Shown here: positions 11,674 to 26,088 of the stretch, one piece after another
Layout: the number at the start of each line of letters is the position of its first letter
How positions within the stretch are numbered: position 1 is the first letter of the stretch
Source: Chrysomallon squamiferum
Lineage: Eukaryota > Animalia > Mollusca
Direction of reading: 5' to 3'
DNA: 64,000 bases
Assembly (NCBI GenBank): GCA_012295275.1
Contig: CM022673.1
Coordinates: forward strand, 496,001-560,000
Notes under the pieces: generated by a model
What the model was told of the DNA's origin: nothing
The model's database searches: none
What the model saw: the letters and a program-made list of their open reading frames with translations, nothing else
Made by a program: the position numbers and the translations under genes

Positions 11674-12077
11674 TACACACACACATACATATATATATAA
11701 ATAAATATATATAATTATGTCTGTATACATATATACTTGCATATATACATACATACGTACATACACATAGACATCACACACACACACATACATATAAATA
11801 AACATACACACAATAATTTCTATCATGCTGTTTATACAGTCGTTTCCAAATCACTTAAATGTGCTGACTCAGATAACATTTAAATTATAAATTGTTATTG
11901 CTTTTATTGCTTGCCGATTCAAACAACATATCTATGAGTGTGTGTATGTATGTATGTATGTATGTATGTATGTATGTATGTATGTATGTATGTAGGTAGG
12001 TAGGTATGTATGTATGCATGTATGTATGTATGTATGTATGTATGTGGTATGTTTAGATGTATCTATCTATATGTATG

Positions 12078-12109
<32 letters not shown>

Positions 12110-12157
12110 TGGTGGGTGTTTAGATGTATCTATCTATATGTGTATATGTATGTATGT
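11562..12157. repeat. (AT)n/(AC)n and (ATGT)n microsatellite cluster
   Basis: Directly visible. Confidence 0.9.
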
Positions 12158-12286
12158 TTTTTTCTATAAAAAGATCTGATTTGTTTTCTAATACACGACA
12201 ATAAAACAACATGTACATGAAGAAATAAAAGGACGCTATAATTTCCTTATTTTACCTATCTGCGGTGACGCTGTACGCAGAAGAAT

Positions 12287-12322
<36 letters not shown>

Positions 12323-14346
12323 AATAATAATAATAATATATTAACAAATAGGTTGCATTTAATAAGTAAACCACTGACAAATCTTTCAGATTTTTACTGT
12401 TTGTCCTTTTTATCTTTGTGCTAATTCACAGCGGGTTTATCGTTACACACCTATCATGTATTTTAAACTTGAAACCTATTAATTAAGTAAAATATTGTTA
12501 CCTGTCCAATTTAACAATTATTGCGATTGTGTGTATAACAATGCTAATTTTCGTGTATGTTTGTTTGCCTACATACTTGCATTGACAATATTTTTTTGCA
12601 ACATCGACTCAATGCATAGTAATATTAAAATAATTGTTATTACCTTCTTTTATTTTTTTTTTTTTTTTTTTACTAAATGAACAGGTTGGTAAACAGTTAT
12701 TTCGAGTTGTGTTTTTCCTTCTGCATTGCGAAGAATGTCATAAGATCAAAACAAAAACAATTTTTTTTATCAATGTCTATTAATAATCTAAAATAAACAA
12801 AAATAAAGGTTCCTTCTTGTGCCAATGTTACGAATTTATCAACCAATAATTTCTTTTAAGGTCTGAAAATTCAGTTAACCTATTTCTAGATTTCTGTAAC
12901 CAGGTAAAGCCTTTCCAGAAACAAATTTCAAATAAAATCACTGCATGACTGATTATCACTTAGAGCCTGTAAAAGCTAAATGGAGATTAATCATGCGAAA
13001 CATTTCCACAAAGATGAACAATGTTGATAATAACTGTATTTGTAAAGAGCGTGTTCGGAGCTCGCAGTATTTGTTTGTGAGGCTTTTTTGGTAACTTTTA
13101 ACTGTATTGTGTTTTCAAATGATGTCGGACTTTTATCGTCTTTGTTTCAGTATTATTTTATTGTTAGCAGCAGAAGCAAGAACAATCCTAATAGTTGTGT
13201 TTTATAACAACAACAGCAGTAACTAACAACACGATCACAATGGTAGCTTTAGCAGTAAGTTGAAGTGGAAGTGGTAGTAATAGTAGTAAAAGCAGCAACA
13301 ACAGCAGCAGCAGTGGTAGTAAAAATAGTAGTAGCAACTACTCTTGTTTTTGAAAGAGCAGTGTAATTAAAAAAAATAGAAGAACTTTTAACTGTAACAT
13401 GCTATGGTGTCTGTCGTGGAAGTAAAATCAGTTGGTGGTTCTTACAATAGCAGTAGCAGATGATAATAGTAAATGAGCTGTATTTATTTTATTTTATTTT
13501 TGTTTATTTAGTTATTTATTTAATGAGTTTATCTTTTGAGAATTTTTTTTTTGTTTATTGTAGGGTTTTTTGCTGTTTTCTTTATTTCTTCACTTAATTA
13601 ATTATTTCTTTATTTTGAGTTTATTTCTTATTCTTTTCATCTTCTTCTTTTTGAATTTTTTTTTCTAGTATATATATATATATATATACACTTTTTTATT
13701 TATTTATTTATTTAATTTTTTCACTTACGTTACATTTTCATTATTACTAAATTCAGCTATCTCGGAAATGTGTTTTGTCTAAATACCGGGAATATCCGAG
13801 AACATTTTAATCACTTTGCTATGTATCGTGACTCACTCACTCACTGAACTCTGACGTGGGCTCAAGCCGTAACACTGAGTCTGAAAGCTCATTTGACACG
13901 TTCAAGTGACTTATCGTGTATTTTGTTTACCCTCCTTCTTTAGTTCCGCACTAGATGATCTTACAGAGGAACACTGGATCATAAGATCTGTCGTCAATAA
14001 TTTCACCACTGACATTTTGCGCTGCACAAGTCTGCACTAATTGCCATGTTCATTCTCAAAAGGACAGCATATACGAACGTTTTTCTCTCTCTTATTTTTT
14101 TTTCTTTCTTTCTTTATTTATTTTTTTTCTTTTTTTTTTTTTTTTTTTTTTTTTTCTTATTAATTTTTTTATTTAAAAAAAAAAAAATTGTTATTGAAAA
14201 ATGGTAGCATTGGTTGGAACTAGAAATAAATATAAAAGCGAACTGATATACTGGCTTTCGGACTTCTATCAAAAGATTTTTAGCCAACTATATTTTTATT
14301 TTATTTTATTTTATTTTATATTTATTTTATTTTCATTTATTTTATT

Positions 14347-14377
<31 letters not shown>

Positions 14378-14495
14378 TTCATTCATTCATTCATTTATTT
14401 TTTTCCTGAACTGTTCTATTTTTAATAAATTATCGTGAGTTCCCTTTTTTAGTGGTTTTGATTATAATAAAAATATAAATAGTTTTGATAGGGGG

Positions 14496-14687
<192 letters not shown>

Positions 14688-15015
14688 AGTCATAATAAAT
14701 ATCTGAAACTGTTTTGGACGGAAAGACAACGTCAGTGATACACACTTGATACGGCATTAAAAGTTATGTCCACCATTTAACTGTCCGCGAAATAAAGCTC
14801 ATGTTTTCGAAATTATTTTTTGTGTGTTTTTACTCATGTGAACCTGGAAAAGCAAACTGAGAAGGTAAATGACAAAAAGAGATAAAAGGAATGTTAGAAT
14901 GACAGCAAGCAACATAAATTTACATTGTTAGAAAAAGTAATTTAACTTGGGCGAAGTAAAGCAGATTCACATGCGTAAAACTGATCCACGGACAGCTATG
15001 TAATAAACAGTGAAC

Positions 15016-15017
<2 letters not shown>

Positions 15018-15076
<59 letters not shown>

Positions 15077-15241
15077 CATACATACATACATACATACATA
15101 CATACATACATACATACATACACACATACATAAATACATACATACATATACATACATACATACACACACACATACATACAATACATACATACACACATAC
15201 ATACATATACATACATATACATACATACATACATACACACA

Positions 15242-15273
<32 letters not shown>

Positions 15274-15393
15274 CATATATATATATATATACATACATAT
15301 ATACGTACATACATACATACGTACGTACATATATACATACATACACACACACACACATACATACATACATACATACATACGTACGTACATACA
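15018..15393. repeat. (ACAT)n microsatellite
   Basis: Directly visible. Confidence 0.95.
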
Positions 15394-16731
15394 TCAATAT
15401 GTACATAGGTGTCAAACTGTCGAGGCTTGTCAGCGGCATGTGACGGAGTTTGTGAGGTCGTGACTGGGTTTTGTCCTCCTGCGTCAGACGTACATACGAC
15501 AGAGAATACTCAAAATCCTAAACTACATACTTGCCAGTGCCAGGTTTCCACACACACCCCCCAAAAAAAAAAAAAAAAAAAAATAGATTCACGCAAAAAT
15601 GAGGAAAGACAAAGAAAAACAGCGTCCTCCGTAGGAAACAACGATTACCCTCGCTTATTCGGCAACCGTACATAAGACAGAATATATTCAGTCCTAAAAT
15701 ACATACATACATATATATTTATATATATATAAACAGACACACAGACAGACAGAGAGAGAGAGAGACAGGCATGAATGTCGGACATAGGTATGCAGAATCA
15801 GAATTTGAGAGCGAATACAATATCACACGTAAGGTAAATAAAGAAAAGGATAGCACAGAACTGCTTACAGACAATTACAAACAGAATACTAATTAACGTG
15901 AAATTCCTAATTAATGTTCCTCTTCTCAAGCGTACCTTCTTTAACTCAGCTTATAAAGCTATCAATATGTATAAACACGCGTATCTGTGATTATCAAGTA
16001 TGTATGTATTTACACAGGCATCTGTGATTAATATGTATTTATTAACACGTGTTTCTGCGTATGAGTGTTACGCACACTCATCTGGTACACGAGCACTATA
16101 CTGTGTCTGTGACTACAAGCAGCAGGTAAACACGACACTCCCAGGATTAAAATATTTGTTTACTTCATAATCTGGGGTAAGTATGTTGACCATAAATATT
16201 TTCCCTTCTTTACTTCTTTATGTATATATTTTTTTCTTTCACTCATAATGTTGCTGTTATTTGTCTTCAACTTCATATTGCAATTGCTACTGAGATTCCT
16301 CTTTTGTTAAATTTATTATTGCTATTATCATCATAACAGTAATAACATCATCATGATGATGTTTTTTGTTTTTGGTGTTGTTGTTATTAATATCATTGAT
16401 ATATATATATATATTATTTAATAGAACTGCAACTATGCTATCACTATTCCTACTTCTGCTACTACTATTAATATTACTGCTAATGTTATTATTTGTTATG
16501 ACTATTGTTATGACTATTTTACAATCTCTATAAATAAATAAATGTTTGAGAAACACGAAAGAGACACAGCTTAGTCTATACTGAGTTATTTCCTGATCCA
16601 TCCAAGAAGAAGATAAATATGTCATTTTTATGAAATGAAATAATTTCGTTTTAAAATAATTCAGTGTGCATACACACAGAGGTTATCGTAAACGAAAGCA
16701 GAATTAATATTCATCTATTTAATAGATGAAG

Positions 16732-16763
<32 letters not shown>

Positions 16764-16997
16764 TATAATAATAATTAAAATAATAATAATAAACAACAAT
16801 AACAACAACAATGATGATGACAATAACTATAACAGAAATAACAACAAAAATAGTGATGATGAAAATGATTATGATGATGATCATAATCATGATAATTATC
16901 AAATAACAAAGCAAAATTTGCTGTCATATGACCAGACGATTGTTCGTGATGGCGCATTCTTGTTAGAAGTGGCAACGACACGAAATTAAGATTATCG

Positions 16998-17007
16998 GTC
17001 ACGTGAC
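16998..17007. promoter_or_regulatory. Palindromic extended E-box GTCACGTGAC (USF/MiT-TFE CLEAR-type; CACGTG core)
   Basis: Exact motif upstream of the orphan gene's putative first exon. Function is inferred. Confidence 0.5.
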
Positions 17008-17045
17008 TCCTACCCTGCACTCGGTAAACCAGCGGATCAAACAAT

Positions 17046-17240
<195 letters not shown>

Positions 17241-17679
17241 GATAGCAGATTGTTTAGTGGTCAGGATAATTACTCATCTGTTTTAATTAAATCACAAATT
17301 TTAATCTTTTCCTTTATCTTCTTTAAATATTTTTTTTTTCCCCCCTTTGGTCTTTAGTAAGCTTTTGACTCGTCCAGTGTTGACATTAGTCAGGCTTTCC
17401 TATCCATTGTCAACAAATGATTAAACTTGTCCCCATTCTTAAGGCTGTACGTCGTAAATTTGATGTGTGTCTGTTATTAGGGGATGCGATACTTTGGAGA
17501 AGTTTTTACATCAGAGAGAAGGGGGATGGTCATTTCAGCGAGCGTAAAACACCACTCAAAACAATTAGGTGTAAATGGGGCATTGGGATTTCTACGGGGA
17601 GAGGTCAAACAAACAAACAAAATGAATGTGGTGGTTATTTTACCCCCCCTCCTCTCCCCCCCTCCTGACAGAAGAGACG

Positions 17680-17691
17680 AGTCACGTGACT
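17680..17691. promoter_or_regulatory. 12-bp palindrome AGTCACGTGACT (E-box/CLEAR) next to C-rich boxes; probable proximal promoter
   Basis: Exact palindrome preceded by ccccccctcctctcccccc and about 115 bp before a strong donor (cag|gtgagt at 17805/17806). Confidence 0.6.
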
Positions 17692-17699
17692 AAAGGTTT

Positions 17700-17805
17700 T
17701 TGAGATAAGCTGACTGTTTCTGAAGTTGTTGAATTCATATTTGTTGATGGTAGTCGCCTGAGCAAGAGAGACACAGAACCGATTTAGTCTGATTTTTAAA
17801 TTCAG
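17700..17805 (+). other. Probable non-coding first exon of the 264-aa orphan gene (5' end approximate)
   Basis: Consensus donor ttcag|gtgagt. The coding exon at 21121 has an acceptor 23 nt before its ATG and so needs an upstream exon. Confidence 0.5.
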
Positions 17806-18011
17806 GTGAGTTGAAATAGTGGATACAGAAATAGTAGTAGTAATTGTTATATTTCTTCTTGTTGTTGTTGCTGCTGTTGTTGTTGTTCTAGAGACAGTAG
17901 TCAGAGCAGTAGTAGTAGTAACAGTAGATGTAATATTATTACACCAGTAACAATAGCAGTAGTAGTAATAATGGTAGTAGCAAATGAAGTAGTGTAATTA
18001 TTTTGTTGCTA

Positions 18012-18061
<50 letters not shown>

Positions 18062-18285
18062 GTTATTATTATTATTCGTACTGATAGCTGTAATTATAAT
18101 TATCAATATTGTTGTTGCTGCTGCTTTATATCATTTTTCTTCATAATTATTTAGTTTGATTAAATACATTAATTTGTGATGGCAAATGTAATATGTGACT
18201 TCTGAGATATAAAAACCAGTATAAGTGACTGCGTATGGTACATATGTGGTCACAGTATTTATACATATATACATACATACATATT

Positions 18286-18953
18286 CAGTGGTACCTCGAC
18301 TTACGAGTGCCCCAACTTAGGATCGTTTCGAGTTACGAGCAGTTGCCTGGTCGATTTTTTGCTTTGAGTTACGAGTTACGAGCGAGCTTCAAATAAGCCG
18401 CTGCTATTTGGCCCAACGGACAACACAACATCCAGCCAGCATCCCGTGTTTCACTTGAATACCTGTCCGTGGAAGTATCTCTGTTGTGTTGTGTTCGCGT
18501 TTTGTGCAGTATTTTGCAAAATTTCGTTTTTCTGACATGGATCGCATGAAGGTGAGTGCAAAGGACAGTGCTGAGAAGAAGAAGCGGATGATGTCCACTG
18601 AATTAAAGCATAAAATCGTAGAAAAACGGAAGCAGAAGGAGTCGGAAAAGGCTGTAACTCCAGCCAAAGGCGTTAAAATAATTTGTCTGATCTCCAAGAT
18701 AAAAACAATTCATTTCTTTACATTTCTTTTTATTTTTTTTTTTTTTTTATACAATATTTGTCATTAATAAATATATTTCTTCTTATTTAATATCACGTTA
18801 TAAAAATAAAAAAATGGGGTGGTTTTGGGGGCTGGAACGGATTAATGGTATTTTCAACTAATTTCAGTTGGGAAAACGGATTTGATATACGAGCAAATTG
18901 AGTTATCGGCTCGCTCAAGGAACGAATTAAACTCGTAAGTTGAGGTTCCACTG
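18286..18953 (+). mobile_element. Non-autonomous Tigger/pogo (Tc1-mariner superfamily) internal-deletion derivative, 668 bp
   Basis: 23-bp TIRs CAGTGGTACCTCGACTTACGAGT and rc CAGTGGAACCTCAACTTACGAGT (21/23). TA follows the right end; the left flank reads TT. It retains a transposase N-terminus MDRMKVSAKDSAEKKKRMMSTELKHKIVEK (start of the CENP-B-type HTH), and the DDE domain is absent. Confidence 0.9.
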
Positions 18954-19013
18954 TATGTGTGTATATATAAATGGTCAGTCAAACACAAACATTTATATTA
19001 ATGAAAAAGTAAT

Positions 19014-19112
<99 letters not shown>

Positions 19113-19635
19113 TTTTCTCTCTTTCACTTTCTCTCTCTCTTTCTTTTACGCATTCTCTCATTCACTAACTCTCTTTTCTCTCTCGTTCTCTCTCACGCAC
19201 TAGCCTACTTTCTTTCTTTGATTTTCTCTTCCTCTTTCTTTCACTACGTATGTCTGTTTTAATCTCTTTCCCTGTGTTACTCTCAATTTAATTGTCTCTC
19301 TGTCTTTCCAAAGTCTCAGTAAGATCCCGAGAAATGTGTAGTTGAATACGTTTACCACCCTGTCATTAACACAAAGCTTCACCGATGACGACCTAGGATA
19401 CTTTACTGCAAAATAAAACATAAATATCTTTACTAATGTTTTTCTTACAAGAAAGGAAATCAGATAACAAATCCACAAATTTAACTGACACGGGTAATTG
19501 AAAATTTCAGATTGATAGCAGCGATCAGATGTCAGGGACATTAAGTGTGTATTATCAAGACTAAACGAAAAATCTTGTCAATCAGGAGAAGTGACAAGGT
19601 CTTTTCAATGGAATCAAACACCAGGAGATAATCCA

Positions 19636-19837
<202 letters not shown>

Positions 19838-20670
19838 ATGTGTGTGTGATGCAGAATGCTGAAAGTCAGTTTTACAACGGATATTTATATACTGTTATGA
19901 TCGATCTGATCATTTATGCCTCGAACTTGTGTAATCGGAGCTACCACCACAAGTTTATGCATAACAAAGAGCTTGGTTTCTGCCGCATTATTAATGCATG
20001 AAACAGTTAAATGTCCCCACAGCTTGAGGTTCGTTTAGAAAATTAACAAAACGAAACAATGAATGATTAACAAATCTTCAGCATCACTGGAATAATGATC
20101 AATCTATCAACATGATAGCTAGCGATTTTTTTTCAGAGAACAACTAGGGGATGTCTAACATTTTTATATACTAACCAGATAAACGATGTCCTTGAAAAAA
20201 GAATTTATACTTGATATTTGCTGTTTGTGTTGAAAAAAATACTTGAACCAAAAGTTTGTAAGTTCACTGCAATTGATTCGTTAATGAACTGATATCGGGA
20301 AATTTATTATTTACCTTTTTGATTCTCCATGCTGCGAACCATATAAATCTGAATTTTGAAGCTTATCAATGATTCACGTAGCATTTCGCAATTCATCGTG
20401 AAACACTCGTTTTAAAGAAATAAAATATATGTTACTACGGACCGTCGACACTGTTGTTGCTAATATCTCTGACTTAAAGAACGCGCTGATGTGAAGTCAA
20501 TAGGTTACAAGGTTTTCCTTGGTGCACCTAGTATTATTGCCACTCGAAAGATTTATCGAAGTCGATGGTGTTAGGTTTCCTCCTATTCTTTCTTGTCTGT
20601 GCAAAGTGCAAATTTAATATCGGAGTAACCCAAGAATTTCCTTTGTCGTACTATTATTTATAAAAAATAA

Positions 20671-20701
<31 letters not shown>

Positions 20702-21143
20702 GTTAATAACCGTCAACAATAAAATGTTTTGACCTATTTATATACAAAATAAATATTCAGTTTTCATTCTTTTACAAACATTTGCAGTTTCAGTAATAGT
20801 GACAGAGAGAATTACTTTTTTTTTCCCTCCAAGATAAATATCGTATTTCAGAGTAAAGGATAATGTTACTCTGTTTGGCGACAGCTGAAATAATCGTAAC
20901 AAATACATCTAGTTAATTTATGGTCAGTCAAACCTATTCTAAGCTCGACCGTTCAGATTACTATATTATACAGATAGAAATGAAGGTAACATTTGTTATA
21001 TTACTACTTTCCAATAATAGATAATAACTTATTGTGATTAATTTATATTTATAGAAACATATACAGATCGAAATTCCTAATTATTGATTTTATTAATTAA
21101 TTAATATATTTTGATTTCAGACTGCACCTTCTGAGTTCAAATA

Positions 21144-21938
21144 ATGGCTGGCAGTTTCGTCTATTCACTGGTGTGTGGCCTGGTTTCGGTGAAAAAGTCT
21201 TCAAAGAAAAGCAAAGTAGATGACAAAAAACGAAAACGCAGTTCAACCTGGTTCAGTCATTCCAGTCACATTCGAGCTCAAGACAAGACAATGTCAGACA
21301 AATCATTACTTCTGGACAATTCTTCAGCCGACGACTCCGGGTACAAATCTCCCACCTACGACTTGGTTTCATCATCTGCAGACAACATCCTCGACATCTG
21401 CTGCTTCGACAGCTCCAACAAAGAGCAAGAACAAGCCGACAGCAGCGACATGCTGAGAAAATCGTCCTCGTTGTCATCTCTGCTTCGCTGTACCAGCATT
21501 CAAGACAAATCATTAAGACTCACCAGAAAACGTAGAGAAAATATGGCGAAGCGCAGAAGCAAGCTGGTCCCTACAGACGAAGGAATAGAAATCACGCCTG
21601 TGAGTAGTGACGTCACAAGCACTGACGAGAACGGGTCTAGCGAGGAAGGCACTCAAATCCAGCGTCATCCTACAGATCAAAACGCGCAGAGTAACTTTAA
21701 CTTGGCCTGTCTCAAAGATTCCCAGTCACCGACCAAGGTGAACAGAAACACCAGTATGCAGATGAAATCCTGGGAGATCCGACGTCGTCGCAAACAGATA
21801 CTGAGAAGGCGGCAGTACAGAAGCTGTGACGAGCTGGGAGCGCTTGGGTTCTCGCTAGGCTATGGAAGTCTGGGAGATCTCATGTCAGTTGATTCAAAGG
21901 CCTCGAGACAAACGAAAGTTCGATCATTTTACATATAA
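21144..21938 (+). CDS. Uncharacterised 264-aa Ser/Lys/Arg-rich, probably disordered protein (single coding exon)
   Basis: Long non-repetitive GC-richer ORF; acceptor tttcag| at 21120; ATG in context ataATGG. No domain recognised. Contains DSGYKS and basic clusters (KKRKR, RKRR, RRRRK). Confidence 0.85.
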   Translation: MAGSFVYSLVCGLVSVKKSSKKSKVDDKKRKRSSTWFSHSSHIRAQDKTMSDKSLLLDNSSADDSGYKSPTYDLVSSSADNILDICCFDSSNKEQEQADSSDMLRKSSSLSSLLRCTSIQDKSLRLTRKRRENMAKRRSKLVPTDEGIEITPVSSDVTSTDENGSSEEGTQIQRHPTDQNAQSNFNLACLKDSQSPTKVNRNTSMQMKSWEIRRRRKQILRRRQYRSCDELGALGFSLGYGSLGDLMSVDSKASRQTKVRSFYI

Positions 21939-22114
21939 ATTAACTGAATATAGATTTTATTTTAACTACCTCAGGTTGTGCCTTTTTACAGAAATTGGGG
22001 GAAGGGGAAGTGATTAATTAGTATTTTCTGCAGATTATAAAAGACAAAATTTTATGCAGTACTGCATTCATATTTTAATTTAAATTTTTATTTAATTAAT
22101 TAATTAATTTATTA

Positions 22115-22154
<40 letters not shown>

Positions 22155-22489
22155 GTTTTTGTTGTTGTTATTATAACATGTTTCAATTATGAGGTATATG
22201 AAATACTGGATACGTCGTAGAAAAAGTACTAAATAATAATAATAACAATAATAATTACTGATATGTATTATCAGATACAGGCTGTGTGTTTTACTTCATT
22301 GCACTAGGAACATGCACACTGCTGGTGCTATGTATGAGATTCCCATGATCCATCCAGTCACAAAGATAACATCACCTTTCATCACACTGATAACACAGGA
22401 AAGATGTGCAAGAAACATCTATATGTAGCTTTATAATGTTAACACATCTTTCTGTGTATGGGAGGCAGAGATAAAATATGTGTGAAAGT

Positions 22490-22594
<105 letters not shown>

Positions 22595-22755
22595 GAATAG
22601 TTACATGGTTGAAAGAGCAATGTAATTCACAATATAGATACCTTTTTGTGTTTTATTTTTAATGTATATTATTAACTGATATATAGTTTTGAATATTTTA
22701 CAGTTTATATTTATTGTTGTAGAATAATGGTAATAATTTGTATAATTTGCCCACA

Positions 22756-22761
22756 AATAAA
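22756..22761 (+). terminator. Candidate poly(A) signal of the orphan gene
   Basis: AATAAA followed by a T/GT-rich tract. Weak evidence in AT-rich DNA. Confidence 0.35.
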
Positions 22762-22959
22762 TATGTCACATTTCTGCTTTTATGTTAAGTCATGTCTTTT
22801 TTTCCATAATCTTAGTCTGATTATTCTTTTTGCTGTTTAAAGGAACACCCACACACACTCCCACACACACATGCTCTGTCTGTGTCACTCTCTCCATGTT
22901 AACTAAACAGAAAACAAACACATCAATTATAAATGGATGCCCTTTTTAGGAATATTGTT

Positions 22960-22965
22960 TTTATT
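22960..22965 (-). terminator. Candidate distal poly(A) signal of SoxD
   Basis: AATAAA on the - strand, with a GU-rich element (tgtttgttttctgttt) about 40 nt downstream. Confidence 0.4.
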
Positions 22966-25665
22966 ATCCAGAAAGTGTTGTTTTCTCCATGTACAAGACA
23001 TCAGCATAATTATAATCACAATTTTTACCTTCTAAACAAACAATACTTTTTATTATTATTATTTTATCTAAACAGAGACAGTGCAACAAACACTACCCGT
23101 TTTCTACAAAATTTATCAAAACCTCTTTTTAATTAGTCATATCTTTTATAAAAAAATAAAAATAAAAAATAATAATAAAATAAAAAAATACAACAAGAAA
23201 CTAAAATTACAGTATTGTTTACAAATTACTGACTGCTGTTAAGAAAAATCCAACAGTTTTTAAAATAAAAATTTAGTTATCTGTTTTCAGCATTTTTCTT
23301 TGCAAACAAATATAAATTTCGTTGCAGCTAAACATTATTAAACTCGTTCGTTGCAAATTAAAAATATGAGAAATGTATATAATATATATATAGTTATATA
23401 TAAAATTCTCTAAATTACTCAAAACTATTGCTTTTTAATTTGTTATTCTTTAATTAACTGAGACATGTATACAAATGTCACTGAAAAGAATACAGCACTG
23501 GACAATACTTCATTCACAATATCTATCACTACCAAGTACGTCCATGATTACCACAGTGTATACACATATATAACATCTATCTTAACTAATAAACACATTT
23601 CCAAAATATACATATTTTCCACAGGGTATATCATACAATCTATCTATATAGATAAGAACATTTATGTCTATATAGACAAGATTTTAAAATTTATCTATTT
23701 TTTTTGTTTTGATCCCACAGAAGCCTGGCCTGGCCCAACACAAAACTCTGAATAAAAAAACTGTTATATACCCTCTTTATTATTAATTTTATTTAACCTA
23801 AATTTTGTTAACAAAAATATTGAGCATTTAGTCACATTATTAAATTTATTATCACTGAAATTTTATTGAAAACATTTATAAATAGTTTCTTTTTGTTTGA
23901 TCAATTGTTTTTTGGTTTTTGTTTTTTAACTGGTTGCTTACCAACATTTTTATGAAAATATTTAATGACAAAGAAAAAGAAGAAAAGAAATGCGAAAAAG
24001 AAGAAAAGAAATGCAAAAAAAAAAAGAAAAGAAAAGAATAAACTCATAATACACTGACATGTTTAATAAAACATAAAAATAGAAATGAACAATGAAGGCA
24101 ACAATGAAAATAAATAAAATATTAAAATGTCCTACACCATTCTTAGTCTGGATGCATTAAGCATTCCATTTTGTTTAGCAACATGATCTTATTACTGATG
24201 TATTAAACAACAACTTCCATTTCAAATACAATTCTTTTTTCTTAAAAGAAACAAATATTTTCTTTTTATGATAATATTGTTCAGTGATTGACAGTGGATA
24301 TATTGATTCAGTTATGTAGTTGTTTAATGTAATCATTCATAGTAAAATACACATCAAAAGAAAAAACATTCAAGAATTTAGAAAATAATGATAATAATAA
24401 TAATTATTATTATTATAAAACCATCTGTAAATTTAATTAGTTTTCTCCTTATTTTAACCATGTTATATCCTTTTCTTTGAACTGATACCTACTGTGAAAA
24501 GGGCATTTCTAAGGGTATCTGTAGTATATTCTATAAAAAGCAGCTAGTCTGAAAGATATTAAAGACTACAGTCCGTGTCATCTTGCATAGTAAACTGATT
24601 GGCACGTAATGAATATACAAATGTAGCACTAATTACTGTGGGAGTTACTGAAAGCTCTACTCAAAACTTAGCAATCTTCATCACCATGAAGCCTCAGTCC
24701 TTTTGGCTTTTTGTATCAGATCAGCATCAACCACCATTTGCCATTTTCTTTATTTTTATTTCATTATTTTGGCACTTTTCAATAAATAAAGATCTAAAAA
24801 TTAAATTTAAATTATGGCTGTTCCAGAAAAAAAAACAATATCAAAGAAATGAAATTATAAAATTTATATTAAATACAAAGTGAGGTAACTAATATTAATC
24901 ACTAATTATTTCTATAAATAGATTTTGTAATTTATTCTTGCTAACATATCTTGCTAACAAATTTTCTTTTCTTTTTCCCTTTTCTTTTCTTGTAATTGTT
25001 GTGGGATTTTAATCTATAATTTTTTTAAAAATAAATGCAAAGATCACTGAGGGAAATAACCAAATGAACCCACTTTCACAATGTTGTTACTAGGGCAACT
25101 TTTATTTATTCATAATAACAGCCATAAAATTATTATGTTACTAGAAATTTTAAAGAAGGACATAAGTATGGCAGCCTCTTTGTTTAAATCTGCTATTTTC
25201 TTCTATATAATGTTTTATCTAAATGCAAAAATTAAAAAGAAAAAGAGAAGAAGAAAACAAATTAACCCTGATTATTCTCCAGTCCCGAATAAATACAAAC
25301 TGGGTTAAATTACTAGGTAACAAGGCATGGCACACCTCTGTTTAGCTGGACTAACTATAAATGCTACAATTGAGGAAGATAAACATAATTTACACTGAAA
25401 CAGAAAGTAAAAAAGAATTACAAATTCTGTAATAGTTCCAATATTTGTTTTTAGCTATGTGCAAAAACAATAATAATTAAAAGAAAAAAGAAATGATAAT
25501 AAAGTTGAAGTAAGCATGAGACATTTGATACAAGTAAACAACAATAGTTGAGCAAATATGCAAATTATAAAATAACAGCATGTGATAATGGAACTGATGT
25601 TTAACATAACATCTTTCTGTCTGTCTGTATGTTATAAAAACAAAAAATTATATTATAGTAGTAAA

Positions 25666-25734
<69 letters not shown>

Positions 25735-26048
25735 TAAAACTTTTGAAAGCTTCATAATTGAAAAAAGAAAAAATTTGTAATGTATCTGTCTTTACAATAT
25801 TTCCATGGTAACAATTTTCTTTTAGATGTACTTAAAAAATAAATAAATAAAGTTAGAAATGTTCTATGGAAAAAAAAATGGAGATGTTATTGCTATGAGC
25901 GATTTCATTTTTCATATGAAAAAACAAAAAGGGAATGTTTGCAGAGGCGAGCAAAAAATTGGGCAGAAAGGCATTTTGGGATTTAATGTCGATGTACTTG
26001 ATAAGTCCTTTTCCTTTAGTTTGTTTCGTCAACTTGGCATAAGAAAAA

Positions 26049-26088
<40 letters not shown>

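Noticed and set aside
15406-15500. taggtgtcaaact..., reminiscent of a hAT terminal repeat
   Set aside because: No matching inverted end or 8-bp TSD found.
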